Assembly (NCBI RefSeq): GCF_006345805.1
Contig: NC_043004.1
Coordinates: 64,914,001-64,978,000 of the forward strand
Reading direction: 5' to 3'
Length of the DNA: 64,000 nucleotides
From: Octopus sinensis
Lineage: Eukaryota
Positions 32,208 to 45,938 of the stretch are shown piece after piece (within the stretch, counting starts at the first letter, position 1; every line of letters starts with the position of its first letter). Both the position numbers and the translations under genes were made by a program. The notes below the pieces were generated by a model that was given only the letters and a program-made list of their open reading frames with translations, was not told where the DNA came from and made no database searches.

Positions 32208-35200
32208 AAGGACCACTTTTATGACACCCTTCTACAGGCTACCTCGAAGACGAGTGGCAATGACCTCATCTTTGTGGATGGAGACTTTAATGGGCATGTC
32301 GGACAGGAAGCAGATATCTTCACTGGGGTACACAGTGGCCATGGTATTGGCACCCGAAAGATAAGGGAACTAGGCTACTGGAATTCTGTGATGCATGTAA
32401 CCTTCTAATCTGCAACACTAACTTCAGGAAGCCAGACAGCCACCTGATAACCTATCATTCAGGGGACTCTGCTAGCCAGATTGATTTCATCCTCACTAGA
32501 CAGCGGGACTCAGGGTTGCTCTTAAATACAAAGACCCTCCTGGGTGAAGAATGTACCCCCCAGCATAGACTAGTCATTTGTGACTTTAGCCTCGAGGCCA
32601 GAAGGATACCAAGAAGCAAACCAATCCAAAAAAGAAGGATTTGGAAGCTAAAGAACCCTTCACATGGTCAGAGATTTAGGGACATCCTCATCAAGAAATT
32701 TAAGGAGAAGGAGGAGGAGCTACAGACATCGGACATAAAAGGTAGCTGGAAATTCCTACAGGACAGCTTTGCTCCAGCCACAGACTTGGTCTGTGGCTGG
32801 TGCAAAGTCCCTTCCAGACCTAGAGTTATATGGTGGTGGAATAGTACGGTAGACAAGGCCGTTCGGGCAAAGAAACAGGCCTGGAAAGCCTGGAAGGATG
32901 GGGGTAGCAGGGAACAGTACCAGGTAGCGAAAAGGGAGGCTGGGCGGCAGGTATACATAGCCAAGAGCGAAGCGGAAAAGAAGAAGTTTGCCAATGACCA
33001 GAGACGTGAGGACCAAAGAACTGAGGTATTTCGGATTGCAAGACAGTGTGTGAGAGAAAATTGTGATGTCATAGGAGAGAAATGTATTCGAATGGATGAT
33101 GAGGCACTTGCTTTTAGTGATTCTGAAAAGAAAGAGGCTTGGAGAAGCCACTATAAAAATCTGCTGAATGTGGAGAATGAATGGGAGGAGGAGAGGGACC
33201 AGCTATCCGTATAGATAAATCCCTAGTAGTTAAGGCAATTAAGGGTATGAAACCAGGAAAAGCCCCCGGTCCATCAGGAATCACTGCTGAGATGCTTAAA
33301 ACATCTGGTAGTGTGGGCTACGGCCTAGTCACCCGCATTGTAAACCAAGTAGTCCATAATGGAGTCATACCCAATGACTGGCATAGCAGCACCATAGTCA
33401 ACTGCTACCAGGGTAAAGGTGATGCTCTAGATAGAAACAATTACAGGGGTATCAAACTGCTGGATCAGGTAATGAAGGTCACGGAGAGGGTCATAGCCCA
33501 ACTAATTAGGGAGAGAGTTAGCCTAGATGAGAAGCAGTTTGGTTTTGTGCCTGGCAGAAGCACCACTGATGCCATATTCATGGTTCGACAACTGCAGGAG
33601 AAATACCTAGCCAAAGATAAACCCCTATACTTAGCTTTTGTGGACTTTGAGAGAGCCTTTGATAGGGTCCCCCGATCCCTTATCTGTGGGCGATGTGGAA
33701 ACTGGAGATTGACGAATGGTTAATAAGGGCTGTACAGGCCCTTTACAGAGAGGCTGTTAGTAAGGTTAGGATAGGCAATGAGTACAGTAAAGAATTCCGA
33801 GTAGAAGTTGGCGTCCAGCAAGGCTCAGCCCTCATCCCCCTTCTATTCATCATAGTCCTCCAGGCAATAACAGAGGAATTTAAGACGGGTTGCCCCTGGG
33901 AGATCCTCTATGCTGATGACCTAGCCCTCGTAGCAGAATCACTACTGGAACTAGAGAAGAAATTTCGTGTGTGGAAGCAAGGTTTAGAATCAAAAGGCCT
34001 TAGAGTCAATGTAGCAAAGACCAAAGTTCTAGTAAGTAGGAAGGCAAACTCACCACACACCTTTTCAGGTAGGTGGCCCTGCTCGATCTGTAGAAAAGGT
34101 GTAGGTAGAAACTCCATAAGATGTACCCAGTGTAAGCTATGGACACATAAGAGGTGCAGCAATATCAAAGGAAAATTAACCGAGAAAATAGCTTTCATGT
34201 GCAGCAGATGCACCGGGGCAATAGACACCATTGATTCTCTGAGAACAGATTCCATTACACTCCTTGGGGAGAAACTAGAAGTAGTTGATAGTTTCTGCTA
34301 CCTAGGTGACCAAGTTAGTAGTGGAGGTGGATGCTCAGAGAGTGTCACCACTAGAATAAGAATAGCCTGGGCAAAGTTTAGGAAGCTTCATCCCCTACTG
34401 GTGACAAAGGGTCTCTCGCTCAGAGTGAAAGGTAGATTGTATGATGCATGTGTGCGAACTGCCATGCTTCACGGTAGTGAAACATGGGCTGTGACTGCAG
34501 AGGACATGCGTAGGCTTGAAAGAAATCAAGCTAGCATGATCCGCTGGATGTGCAATGTCAGTGTCCATGCACAACAGAGTGTAAGCGCCCTGAGAGAAAT
34601 GTCGGGCATAAGAAGCATCGGATGTAGTGTGCAGGAGAGACGTTTGCGTTGGTATGGTCATGTACAACGGATGGATGAGGAGAGATGTGTGAAGAAGTGC
34701 CACTCCCAAACTGTTGAAGGAATCCGGGTTAGAAGTAGACCCAGGAAGACATGGGACGAGGTGGTCAAGCATGACCTTCGTACATTGAGCCTCACAGAGG
34801 CTATGACGAAAGACTGAGACCTCTGGAGATATGCTGTGACTTTGAAGACCCGACAAATGAAGTGAGTCCATGGCTCGCAGGATGGCCTGCTGTGCTAATC
34901 TTGGATCGTAGAGTGACCCGCTGTTCTTGAGGAGACCTATTGAATCAGGTACGTTAACACCAACATCAAAATGAAAATCAAATGGAAATTGTACATAAGA
35001 TACCCGTGCCGGTGACACATTAAAAGCACCATCCGAACGTGGTAGTTGCCAGTACCGCCTGATTGGCGTCCGTGTCGGTGACACGTAAGAGCACCAACCG
35101 ATCGTGGACGTTTACCAGCTTCATTTAGTTCCTGTGCCGGTGGCACGTAAAAAGCACCCACTACACTCATGGAGTGGTTGGTGTCAGGAAGGGCATCCAG

Positions 35201-35308
35201 CTGTAGAAACACTGCCAGATCAGATTGGGGCCTGGTGCAGCCTCCTGACTTCCCAGACACTGGTCAAACCGTCCAACCCATGCTAGCATAGAAAACGGAC
35301 GTTAAACG
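32006..35308 (+). mobile_element. Near full-length RTE LINE (partial APE, RT, PHD-like finger, 3'UTR), frameshifted
   Basis: KDHFYDTLLQ..VDGDFNGHVG (APE); ORFs 32516-33214, 33181-33723 and 33693-34817 (QGSALIP, YADD, LRWYGHV); 3'UTR ends GACGTTAAACG. Confidence 0.95.
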
Positions 35309-35519
35309 TGCATCAAAATTAAGGCTACCAAAGTTTCAGGATTTAACAACTATCAATAAACATGATAAGATATAAAATTCATACATCATTATAAAAGTTT
35401 AGCGTGTCTGCTTCTTCTTTCAGACTTAATAAATTCAGATTTATGAATTAGATAATGGCTATAGACTGAAATACAATCATAACCCTCTACAAAGGAGGTG
35501 AAAAAAAGCTTAAAATTAA

Positions 35520-35800
35520 CTCAACAATAGTCTGAAAAATTGTCAAGAAATTTTAAGAGACTGGTTCGATTGTTGATAAACCTGGACATGGCCAAAAAAG
35601 AAATGTGTCGATCCCTCAGTTGATCAAAAATACCAGAGAAATGATACAATGAAGTCCTCATTGTTTTATCAGAAAACTGGCTGTCAGAGCAAAAACAAGC
35701 TGGACATTGATGCATTGAGTGCTGAAGGAGGATATCTGGACGCATCCCTCATACTTCACTCAACACTCTGAAGGCAAAACTGCACCAGAAATGAGTTTCA
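35520..35800 (+). mobile_element. Internally deleted copy of the DD37D/maT-like transposase remnant at 53915
   Basis: Matches 53915-54107, joined directly to 54664-54712 sequence at the CCTC junction (35747-35750). Confidence 0.85.
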
Positions 35801-35814
35801 ATTCCTATATATAT

Positions 35815-36000
35815 ATCTTTTATCTTTTACTTTAGTCATTTGACTGCAGCTATGCTGGGGCACAGCCTTGAAGAAGGGTTTTAGTCGAACAATTTTTTTT
35901 AAGGTCTGGTACTTATTCTATTGCACCAAACCTCAAAGTTATGGGGAATGTAAACACACCAACACTGGTTGTCAACTGGCGGTACGGAACAAACACAGAC
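35815..36000 (-). mobile_element. SINE 3' part, paralogous to 54725-54925
   Basis: Near-identical sequence and the same flanks as the 54.7-kb copy. Confidence 0.8.
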
Positions 36001-36027
36001 ACATAGATATATACATACATATATATA

Positions 36028-36300
36028 TAGATGTTTTCGATCTAATTTGGACTCTTTGCCATCAAATTTGAATTTTTTAATTGGTGCTCAAGCCTTGAAA
36101 AGCAAAAGAGTTAAACTACATCAGCCGTAAGGGAATACATTTCTATCTTATCTAACTCGTCCAGTAGAGCCCACCAATTGATATCTGAAAAGTTCGATGA
36201 AATAACTCATGAACACTGCCATAGATTCTACCAAAAGATGCTACGTTATGTCGAACAAAGGGAGACAATAGAAAAAGAATCATTCGTTTATTATCTTCCC
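36028..36300. mobile_element. Left arm and centre of the fold-back element seen complete at 54951-55458
   Basis: TAGATGTTTTCGATCTAATTTG.. start; right arm absent. Confidence 0.85.
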
Positions 36301-36419
36301 TTGTTCAGACCTTGTAGTGTTGGCATTATAGATTCCTTCTTCGAAAGTAAAATATATCTATTATCTATTTCCAAATAGGAAACATATAAAAGTAGTGTTA
36401 CACAAACACACCGGCTGTA

Positions 36420-37200
36420 AAAAAATGCAAAAACTTCATTGTCAGATTATGATGTACATAATAATTTAATCGGCATAACTACACATTCCTGCCCCACCTC
36501 CCCGACTTTGGATGATCATAACTTTCAGAAAATTGGATATGTTTTAATGAAATTTTCTACGAGTATGTGTTATATCATGTAGATTCCGAATATACAAAAC
36601 TTATGGGGGGGGGGGTGTTTTAGGAGGGGCTGGAGCCGGGTAATTCGGAAAATTCACCGGCGTCCACTTCAATTCATCTTAACTATCAAGAAAATAGATA
36701 TTTTTTAATGAAATTTTCTATAAATATACCTCGGACTATGTAGCTTCGGAGAACATAGGAAATTTTGGGGGGAAATAATTGGGGATTACTTTTGTGAACC
36801 GTTCCCCACTCGGGGGTGTTTCGGAACAAGTCGTCAGTGTTTGTTTTATTTTCTTCGTTCTGTGCGTTTGTGCATCCGTAGATTTCGACTGTAGCCGCAG
36901 GCAATGAAGCTGTCACCAGGAAACTCGTTATGCTAAAAATACCAGCTAATGGTCCATTGGCTTAAGGTCAAACTAAAGCGTTTGACCCGGTCATAGAAAC
37001 AAAAAATAAAACAGTGTATAAGGTGTAAAACAACTTGCTTTAAACGAATATGACAAGAAAATGCGCGCTCGCGAAAGGGGGGGAGAGGCCTCTTAAAATT
37101 CACATCTTCAGTCCATGGCCTTTAAACTATACTGTTTGACCCGGGCCGGAAAAAGTAGTGTAATTGGTGTATAACTACTTGTTCTAAACGATTATCAAGA
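36420..37200. repeat. Unclassified interspersed repeat with internal about 170-bp duplication (possibly Helitron/Helentron-derived)
   Basis: aactttcagaaaattggatatgttttaatgaaattttcta (about 36530) recurs as aactatcaagaaaatagatattttttaatgaaattttcta (about 36680); CpG-richer than the flanks; no termini resolved. Confidence 0.35.
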
Positions 37201-37210
37201 ACATACACAC

Positions 37211-38452
37211 ATCATCATCATCATCATCGTTTAACGTTCGCTTTCCATGCTAGCATGGGTTGGACGATTTTTGACTGAGGGCTGGCGAACCAGATGGTTG
37301 CACCAGTCTCCAATCTTGATTTGGCAGAATTTCTACAGCTGGATGCCCTTCCTAACGCCAACCACTCCGAGAGTGTAGCGGGTGCTTTTTACGTACCACC
37401 GACACGGGGGCCAGTCAGACGGTACTGGCAACGACCTCGCTCGAATCCTTTTACACATGCCACCAGCACAGGTGCCAGTAAGGTGACATTGGTAAAGATC
37501 ACGCTCGAATGGTGCCCTTTTACGTGCCACTGGCATGGAAGCCAGTTGGCTGCTCTGGCAATGATCACACTCGGATGGTGCTCTTAGCACCCTACTAGCA
37601 CGGGCACAAGTGCTGGTAATGATCACGCTCGAATGGTGCCCTTTAAATGCCACTGGCACGGAAGCCGGTAGCCGCTCTGTCAATGATGACACTCATATGG
37701 TGCTCTTTGCACCCTGCCAATGGACGCCAGTCATCGAATTTGATTTTGATTTTGATTGATTTGATTTCACTTGCCTCAACAGATCTTCGCAAGCAGAGTT
37801 TTAGTGACCATAAGTGGGCTGGTTACGCCCCTGGCATAGGCCATGAGATTATGGTTTCATTTGGCTTGTCGAGTCTTCTCAAGCACAGCATATTTCCAAA
37901 AGTCTCGGTCACTAGTCATTTCCTTGGTGAGGCCTAAAGTTCGAAGGTCGTGCTTCACCACTTCATCCCAGGTCTTCCTGGGTCTACCTCTTCCACAGGT
38001 TCCCTCAACCGCAAGGGTGTGGAACTTTTTCACACAGCCGTCCTCATCCATTCTCGCCACATGACCATTCCAGCGCAGTCGTCTCTCTTGCACACCACAT
38101 CTGATGCTTCTTAGATCCAACTTTTCTCTCAAGGTACTTACACTCAATCGAGTATGCACACTGACATTACACATCCATCAGAGCATACTGGCTTCATTCC
38201 TTGCGACCTTACGCATGTCATTAGCAGTCACAGCCCATGTTTCACTGCCATGTAGCACGGCTGTTCGTACACAAGCGTCATACAGTCTACCTTTTACTCT
38301 GAACGATAGGCCCTTTGTCGCCAACAGAGGTAGGAGCTCTCTGAACTTGGCCCAAGCTCTTCTTATTCTAGCAGCTACACTTTCAGCGCACCCACCCCCG
38401 CTACTGATTTGGTCCTCTAGGTATCGACTACTTCTAGTGTTTCTCCCTGGAA
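37211..38452 (-). mobile_element. 5'-truncated RTE LINE
   Basis: ORFs 38178-38480 and 37857-38174 (RLRWNGHV, GRPRKTWDEV), 3'UTR and (CAT)n tail. Confidence 0.92.
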
Positions 38453-38712
38453 TGATGGACGAGTCCAATACCTGGCTCAATCATGAAAAAATAGTAATCG
38501 GGCTGGAGATTGAGCTCGCCCCCCCCCCCAACGTTTCTACTCACCCATCCATTAACACGTATGAAAATAAAGACTTAAATCTAACTTTTCTCATTTTATT
38601 AATTAAATTAAATTGATTAAATTCCGTTTACGTCGGACTAAAACTTATCCTTCCCATCGTCCATCTCTTCTGGCATCACTTAATTAGCCACGATATAAGG
38701 TAAGTGGTGAAT

Positions 38713-38845
38713 ATTTCGTCTGTCGTTACGTTCTGAGGTCGACTTTGACTTTCATCCTCTCGGGGTCGATAAATAAAGTGTAATCCCTTTGTCTATCCTT
38801 GTTTGTCCCCTCTATGTTTAGCCCCTTGTGGGTAGTAAAGAAATA
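38713..38845 (+). mobile_element. SINE fragment (second head family)
   Basis: ATTTCGTCTGTCGTTACGTTCTGAGGTCGACTTTGACTTTCATCCTCTCGGGGTCGATAAA matches the family at 39872 and 53510. Confidence 0.7.
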
Positions 38846-39871
38846 TATGTGGTGAATGGAAATTACGGTCGTGTTCTACCTTTCTCCATTTTCATAGCTG
38901 TTTTACTGACTCTAATAGCACCGAAGACACCGTTTTCAGTGCAATGTCACCACTTTCGATCCCTGTCAAAACGGAGAGAAAAATAAACACAAAATGATGG
39001 TAGGTTTATTCTCAGTGTCCTCACACACACACACATATATATATTTAAAAAAGTTCAAACAGGGAATTATTCCATTCAGTGTTTTTTCTGTTAGAAACGT
39101 TTAGAGCTGTGGTGGGGCAGGAATGTGTAGTTATGCTATAAAACCTACATCCGAATGATGGCCAATGAATGAATGATGTAAGCAAGGATGATGAATAAAG
39201 AAATGAAATGAAATGAAAAGACTGAATATAATTGCTACATGAATTTTTGAAACCAACATGATTTGGATTGGCTCTTCAAAGTTAAAATGTGAAGACATGG
39301 CCATGTGATTAATGTTTCTTTGCAACCACGAGGTTTTAGGCTTGACCTCATTGCATGGCTTTTTTGTCTTCTACAGCTCTGAGTTGACCAATGCCCTATG
39401 AGGAGAATTTGGGAAATAGTAACTGCATGGAAACTCATTGAGTAAATTGAATATACAATCCCTCCATACAGGGATACACATACACACACACACACACACA
39501 CACGTGTGTGTGTGTGTGTATGTATGCGTCTGTTTACCTCTGCATGTTTACAGAGGAAAATGGAGCCGTTTGAGCAGTTGTGCCAATTGTGACAGTCATT
39601 ATTTTTAGCATAAACAAAATGTCTGGTAACTTGGCAAGTCAATCATATAAAAATATGGAATACAGTACCTCACTGGAATCAGTAGAGTGTCTAGTGGTAG
39701 AATACTGCCTCAAGAAGTTTTGCCTACCCCATGCTAGCATGGAAAAAGTGGACACAGACGTGCTGATCACAATGGTGATATATTTGAATTATTGTGGCAA
39801 GTGGTTTTCAGCTGCATTCTCTTCCTAATGAAACCTAATCAATGTTAAAATTGTTAACTATTTTCAACTTG

Positions 39872-40090
39872 TTATAATGGTTTCAAATTTTGAAACAAGT
39901 CTAGCAGTTTTGAGGGGAAGGGGTAAGTCAATTGCATCGCCTCCAGTCCTTGCCTGATACTTTATTTAATCAACCCCAAAAGAATGAAAGAGGAAGTTGA
40001 CTTTGGAAGGAATTGGATTCATGACATAAAGAGCTGGAAGAAATACTGCTAAGCATTTTGGCCAATGTTGTAATGATTCTGTCAGCTTCC
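39872..40090 (-). mobile_element. Diverged tRNA-derived SINE
   Basis: Reverse complement aligns by eye to 53510-53726. Confidence 0.65.
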
Positions 40091-40261
40091 TATAAAAATA
40101 ATGCTATGTAAATTAATGTTTCTCATCAAAAAAAGTAAAAAAAAAAGATTTCCATGTGGTTTAATTAATGATAGTAGAATCAGTAAAAAAAAAAAAATGG
40201 TAAAGATTGGATATGGCATTTCACTGCTGGACGTATCTCTATTTGGGCCTGAAGGTTTTGG

Positions 40262-41345
40262 ATTATGACTACAATTTCACTTGGCTTGATGGATCTTCTT
40301 CTCAAGCACAGCATAATGCCGAAAGTCTTGATCATTTGCTGTTATCTCTGTGAGGCCCAACACATGTGAAAGGTGGTTTTTATGTGCCACTGTCATTGGC
40401 CACCTTGCCTTTGTGAGGCCCAATGCTTGAAAAGTGCTTTTACATGCTACTAATATGAGTGCTAGTTACGTGATGCCAGCATCAGCCATGACTATGATCT
40501 CACCTGCCTTAATGGGTCTTCCCAAGCACAGCATATCACCAATGGTCTCGGTCACTAGTCATTGCCACTGTGAGACCAAAAGTTCAAACACCATGCTTCA
40601 CCACCTCATCCCCTATCTTCCTGGATCTACCTCTACCACATGTTCCCTCCACAGTTAGAGATTGGCACTTATTTATACAGCTGTCCTCGTCCATATGCAT
40701 CACATGACCATACCAGCACAGATGTCTCTCTTGCACACCTCATCTGATGCCTCTTATGCACAACTTTTCTCTCAGGATGCTTACACTCTGTCATCCATGC
40801 ACACTGACATTGCACATCCAGCAAAGCATACAAGCTTCATTTATTTCAACTCTACACATGTCCTCGGCTGTCACAGCCCATGTTTCACTGCCATGTAGCT
40901 TAGCTGTTCACACACAGGCATCAAACAATATGCCTTTTACTCTGAGAGGAGAGGCCCTTTGTTGCTAGCAGATTTAGGTGTTCTCTGAACTTTGCCCAGC
41001 CTATTCTTATTCTGGCAGCCATAACTCTCAGAGCATCCACCTCTGCTGCTAACTTGGTCACCTAGGTAACAGAATCTATCTACTACTTTCAGCTTATACC
41101 CCTGGCAGTTGATGGAGTCTATTTTCTGTATAGTTTTGATGTTTATCGTACCTGTGCACTGTCCACACAATAAGAGCTATTTTTCCAAGTAACCATCCTC
41201 TGATATTGCTGCGCCTCTTATGTGTCCATAACTTGCACCGGATACATCTTATGGGGTTTCTACCACCTATGCCTTTCCTAGAGATTGAGCAGGGTCATCT
41301 ACCTGAAGGGATTTGTGATTTGTCTGCTCCCCTACTTACTAACAC
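40262..41345 (-). mobile_element. Older, diverged RTE LINE fragments
   Basis: CGQCTGTINIKTIQKIDSINCQGYKLKVVDRFCYLGDQVSSRGGCSES plus ORF-end sequence; many indels. Confidence 0.85.
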
Positions 41346-41639
41346 TTTGAGAGGGATGGAAGGAGAGAGAGACAGAGATTAATTGTGAGCGTGTAGAAAG
41401 TTAACTCCATTATGAAAATCAGAAACTGTTGTAGTTGAGTGAGAGAAGAGACAGTAGTGTTGGTGCTGTTTCAAAGTCAGTGGTTAAATTTCCTTTCAGA
41501 TAAGAACCAATGGTAATTGTTTTTGTTGCCAGATGATGATATTTCGTCTGCTGATAAGTTTAGCAGGTTATAACGATTATCACCAGAACTATGGCATGGC
41601 TGCCGATGGTTTCATTTCTTTTATTCAATTGCTAGTAGT

Positions 41640-42837
41640 GCCTTTGCTCCGAAAGAACCAAAATGGATTCAGAAATGGGCGCTCAACGCTGAGCCAGATA
41701 CTATGCCTACGCAAACTTATTGAAGAATCAAAAGCATTTAATCGCGATCTTGCAATGGTGTTTGTAGACTTTTCTAAAGCGTTCGACTCTGTAGATAGGT
41801 ACAAGATGTTTGAAATCCTTAAGCTCTATGGGATACCAGACAAAATCATCTCTGCCATCAAGGTCCTCTACACAGATATGTCTTCAATCATCTTAACCCC
41901 TGACAGAAAAACATCATCTTTCTCAATCAAAGCCGGAATACTGCAGGGAGACACACTCGCCCCATTTCTTTTCATCATTGTCGTTGACTATGTGCTACAT
42001 ATGTCAGTTGATATCATCTCTGGCAAGGGCTTTGAAATAAAACCAAGAAGAAGTTCCAGACACCCAGCTGAATACTTGACAGACACTGACTTTGCTGACG
42101 ACATCGCTCTTATCAGTGATTCTCTCTCCAATGCCCAGTCTCTTTTACAATCTCTTGAACAAGCCTCAAATTGTGTAGGTCTTTACCTCAATGAGGCCAA
42201 GACTGAATACATAAACAAGTGCCTGTCCAACAGTGATTGCATCATCCATACTCTCAACAATGCGCCCTTAAATATGGTTTCTGATTATAAATATCTTGGG
42301 TCATACATATCATCATCTGGAAAAGACTTTCTAACTAGAAAGGGTATGGCCTGGTCAGCCTGTAATGACATGCATAAGATCTGGTCATCAAATCTAAGTA
42401 GAGACTTGAAATCTTCAAAGCTACAGTCGAACCAATTCTACTATATGGCTCAGAAACCTGGACGTTATCAAAGAAGCTTGAGAGGCGGTTGGATGGAACC
42501 TACACTCGCCTCCTTATGAGAGCTCAAAATCTCTCGTGGAAGCGTCATCCAACCAAAGTACAAATATATGGGAAATTACCACCTGTATCATCTCTTGTGA
42601 AAGGTAGGAGAGTCCAGTTTGCTGGACATTGTTGTAGAGCTGAAAACGAGGCAATTTCTACTCTTCTCCTCTGGAAGCCATCTACTCGTGATACCAGAGG
42701 GCGCACACTGATGTAATCTCCAGGGATACAGGCATCTAGTAACAGGACCTCCGTAATGCCATGATGGACCGTGAAGTCTGGCGTAGTATGGTAAATTCCA
42801 TTGTCTCGACCACGGTCGAACAATGATGATGATGATG
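41640..42837 (+). mobile_element. 5'-truncated RTE-X-like LINE of a different family, with probable 6-bp TSD AGTAGT
   Basis: LRKNQNGFRNGRSTLSQI..FVDFSKAFDSV..GILQGDTLAPFLF..FADDIAL..YKYLGS; two small deletions; AGTAGT at 41634-41639 and 42838-42843. Confidence 0.9.
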
Positions 42838-44255
42838 AGTAGTACATAATGTGGATTTTTTTTAAAAAGGAAGCGTAAAGGAGGAGAAAACAAAACATTC
42901 CAAGAGTTCTTCATTCTTCAGATGTTTCTGAAATCAAATGTCTACTTTTCAGTAAAAGGTTCCAGTAATGCCTGCAGTTTTCCCAACAGACATGTTTTAT
43001 GGCATCTGTCAATGATTGCTGACATTACACAGCAATATTTTCAACTTGAATCTGTTAGTAAAGTGTCAGTGATTGATATGGACAATAGACCAATGATAAT
43101 ACAATTCACGTTTGTAACGTCTCCTAATAACTACTCTTTGCTTCTTTTTCTTGTCTATTGGAAAAGGCTGTGGCTAACAGATAGTTAGACAGCAACGATA
43201 AAGAAATATTCTGTCTAAAACACAAACTGTCAAGGGTATTGCCTTCATCTTTAAAAAGCAATCTTTTTAGCATTTTTATAGGTGATGATGTTTTTTCTGA
43301 CTGTGAGGGTAGAATTACGACAAATTTTAAACATCTGCATAAGTTCCTTTTAATTAGATCTTTTTACTGAAGTTTTAATAACAGGATGGATGGAATGGGA
43401 CTAGCAGAATTATTTAACATAAACAGATGAAGGTAAATGAATAAGAAAATTGACTGAAATTAAAAGATACAACTATATTAACGTGTCCTCTGAACAGAAA
43501 AAAAATTGACCCATTTTATAATCCATCTCCATGTCAAGTAAATGTCTTGTAAGAAGCTGGTCATTGATATAAGTTATTAAAATATGAAAGACAACACTCA
43601 GCAGTATTTGCTGCAGTTCTCTGGGCTTGGAGTTCAAATTAAAGCAAGATTAAATTTGCTTTTTATTTTTCCAGGGCTTCGTAAATATCAGTAGAAGGTT
43701 GTGGATTGGCAGAACTCTTAGAACATTGGATAAGATGCCTTGAAATATTTGTTGTAGTTCTTTGCACTGCAAGATCAAATTCTGCTTCTTGTCATCAGTC
43801 TTTTTTTGTGACAGAAAAGCGGTGCAGGGGGGCATCAGATCACAGTTAATCACGAGCCTCTAATGTCAGATGAGGTGATACATGGATTGGCGCAATATCT
43901 TGGTTGCTTCAAATATAAACAAAGTGGACCCAAGAAAAAATAAGGGACTTTGAAGACTGGTGATTAATTCTGGTTTCATGACATTAAGCAAATTAGATAT
44001 ACATTGGTACACCTGTTAATTACAGGTAATATTCCAAAGAGTTTTGCTGCCATCTTAGTGGACTGCAAAAAGGAAGAATAAAAGGCTTTGTCCAAATCAA
44101 CAAAATGCTGACAGCAAAATTTGAAATCCAAGACATAAGAGCAAGTAGTTCAATATCTAATTTGCTTGACCACCCTTCTCCTACAGGCTTTTATATTAGA
44201 AGCAGTGAGAAGATATGTTTGCAAATTTAAAGATGTGCCTATAATTGAATGAAAT

Positions 44256-44540
44256 ATAGGTGTGGCTATGTGGTAAGAGGTTTGCTTTCCAACAACATGG
44301 TTTCAGGTTCAGTCCCTCTACATGGCCCCAAGGGCAAGCATGCCTTACCAGTCCTGGTGCCATGTATAAAAGCACCCAGTGCTCACTGTAAAGTAGTTGG
44401 TGTTAGGAAGGTCGACCAGCCATAATAACCATGCCAAAACAGACAATGGAACCGGCTGGAGCTCCTGGCCTTATCAGCTCCTCTCAAAGTGGCCAACCCA
44501 CATCAGCATGGAAAATGGAGGCTGAATGATGATGATGATG
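44256..44540 (+). mobile_element. tRNA-derived SINE with RTE-derived 3' tail
   Basis: A box TGGCTATGTGG, B box GGTTCAGTCC, then GTTGGTGTTAGGAAGG..CAGCATGGAAAATGGAGGCTGAA(TGA)n. Confidence 0.8.
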
Positions 44541-45783
44541 GTGATACAATGGGCTTTCTGTTTCTCTCCATCTGTCTGTCTCTCATATATATATATATAT
44601 ATATACACACATACATACATATTTGTGGATGCGTATATGTGTGTAAAAGCATCTAACCATGATTCCAAGATTGTGCTTTTGGTTTCCAGACCAGAGACGT
44701 GCTATGCTCTTGTGCAAGACACTTCATTCTGCATTGCTCCTGTTCACTCAACCATAAATAGGTAGTCCTGCAATTGACCAGTATTCCATTCGGGGACACT
44801 GTTGGCCTGCTCCCTTAGGCAGCTGCCTGTATTCCATTTAACAGCTAAAACAATGGGCTTTTTCTCACGGTGACCATTGGTGTGTAATAACATCTGACAA
44901 GTTGGCCAGTACAGTGACACAATGGTGTGTGTGTGTGTTATTGACTCCTTGCTTTGACATTACATGAGAGTTTTAAAGAGTGTTCCATTTTATTTCCAGC
45001 CTCCCGTGAAAATATGCCAAGTCAAGGGAAAATATTATTCAACTTTGAAACAGATGAGGATTACCAAGATGACAACTTGCTAGAGAAAATTCACCAAAAC
45101 AAATTCTGCCTGACCTGTGTGAACAAGGAATGGTGGATGCGAAAATGAGAATGGTAGATTCTCTTTCCTCTGTTTGCAAAGCCAACTAAGAAGACATTTC
45201 TATCCCTTTCCCTTTTATTCTCTCATTATCCATGTTGTGTCCATTTAGGGTAAGGGTTAAGCATAGGATTACTATGCTTAACCCTCTCTTCTTTTCCACA
45301 AGGTCAGCCCTCTCAAATTTCCTCCTGGCTCATGCTTTCATTAAAAGGGTCGACTTACAAGGAAAACATAAATGGCAACAAGTCTCACTTCCTATTGCAG
45401 CCCCTCTCCGGAATGTACCCATTTCCGTACACTATCTCCATTACACCTACATTCATTTGACTGTCAACCATATGATGGGTCATGTTAGATGCTGTGCTGA
45501 CCGCTGCTGCAAAGGAGAGTATATCCACTGACAGCTTTTCAGTATGTCCCAAAAATCATATCTCATACCCGCCACTCCCAAGTTTTAATGACAAGTTAGG
45601 TTCTGGAATACTCCAAACTGATGCATGACATGATACTGGTTCGAATTAGTCCACAAATGCTTCGTTGTCAATGCTGCACTTTCCCATATCCCCTGTTTCA
45701 ACACACCTGTAATATATATATACAGACTACACCATTTTAATCCCAAGCAATGGCAGGTATCTCTACAAGTATATGTATGTATA

Positions 45784-45824
<41 letters not shown>

Positions 45825-45859
45825 TGTTACAACTTAGAGACTGTTACAACTTAGCATCC

Positions 45860-45938
<79 letters not shown>

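Noticed and set aside
36800-36840. Minus-strand CTGACGA..GAAAC
   Set aside because: Stem II cannot pair, and there is no NUH site or stem I.
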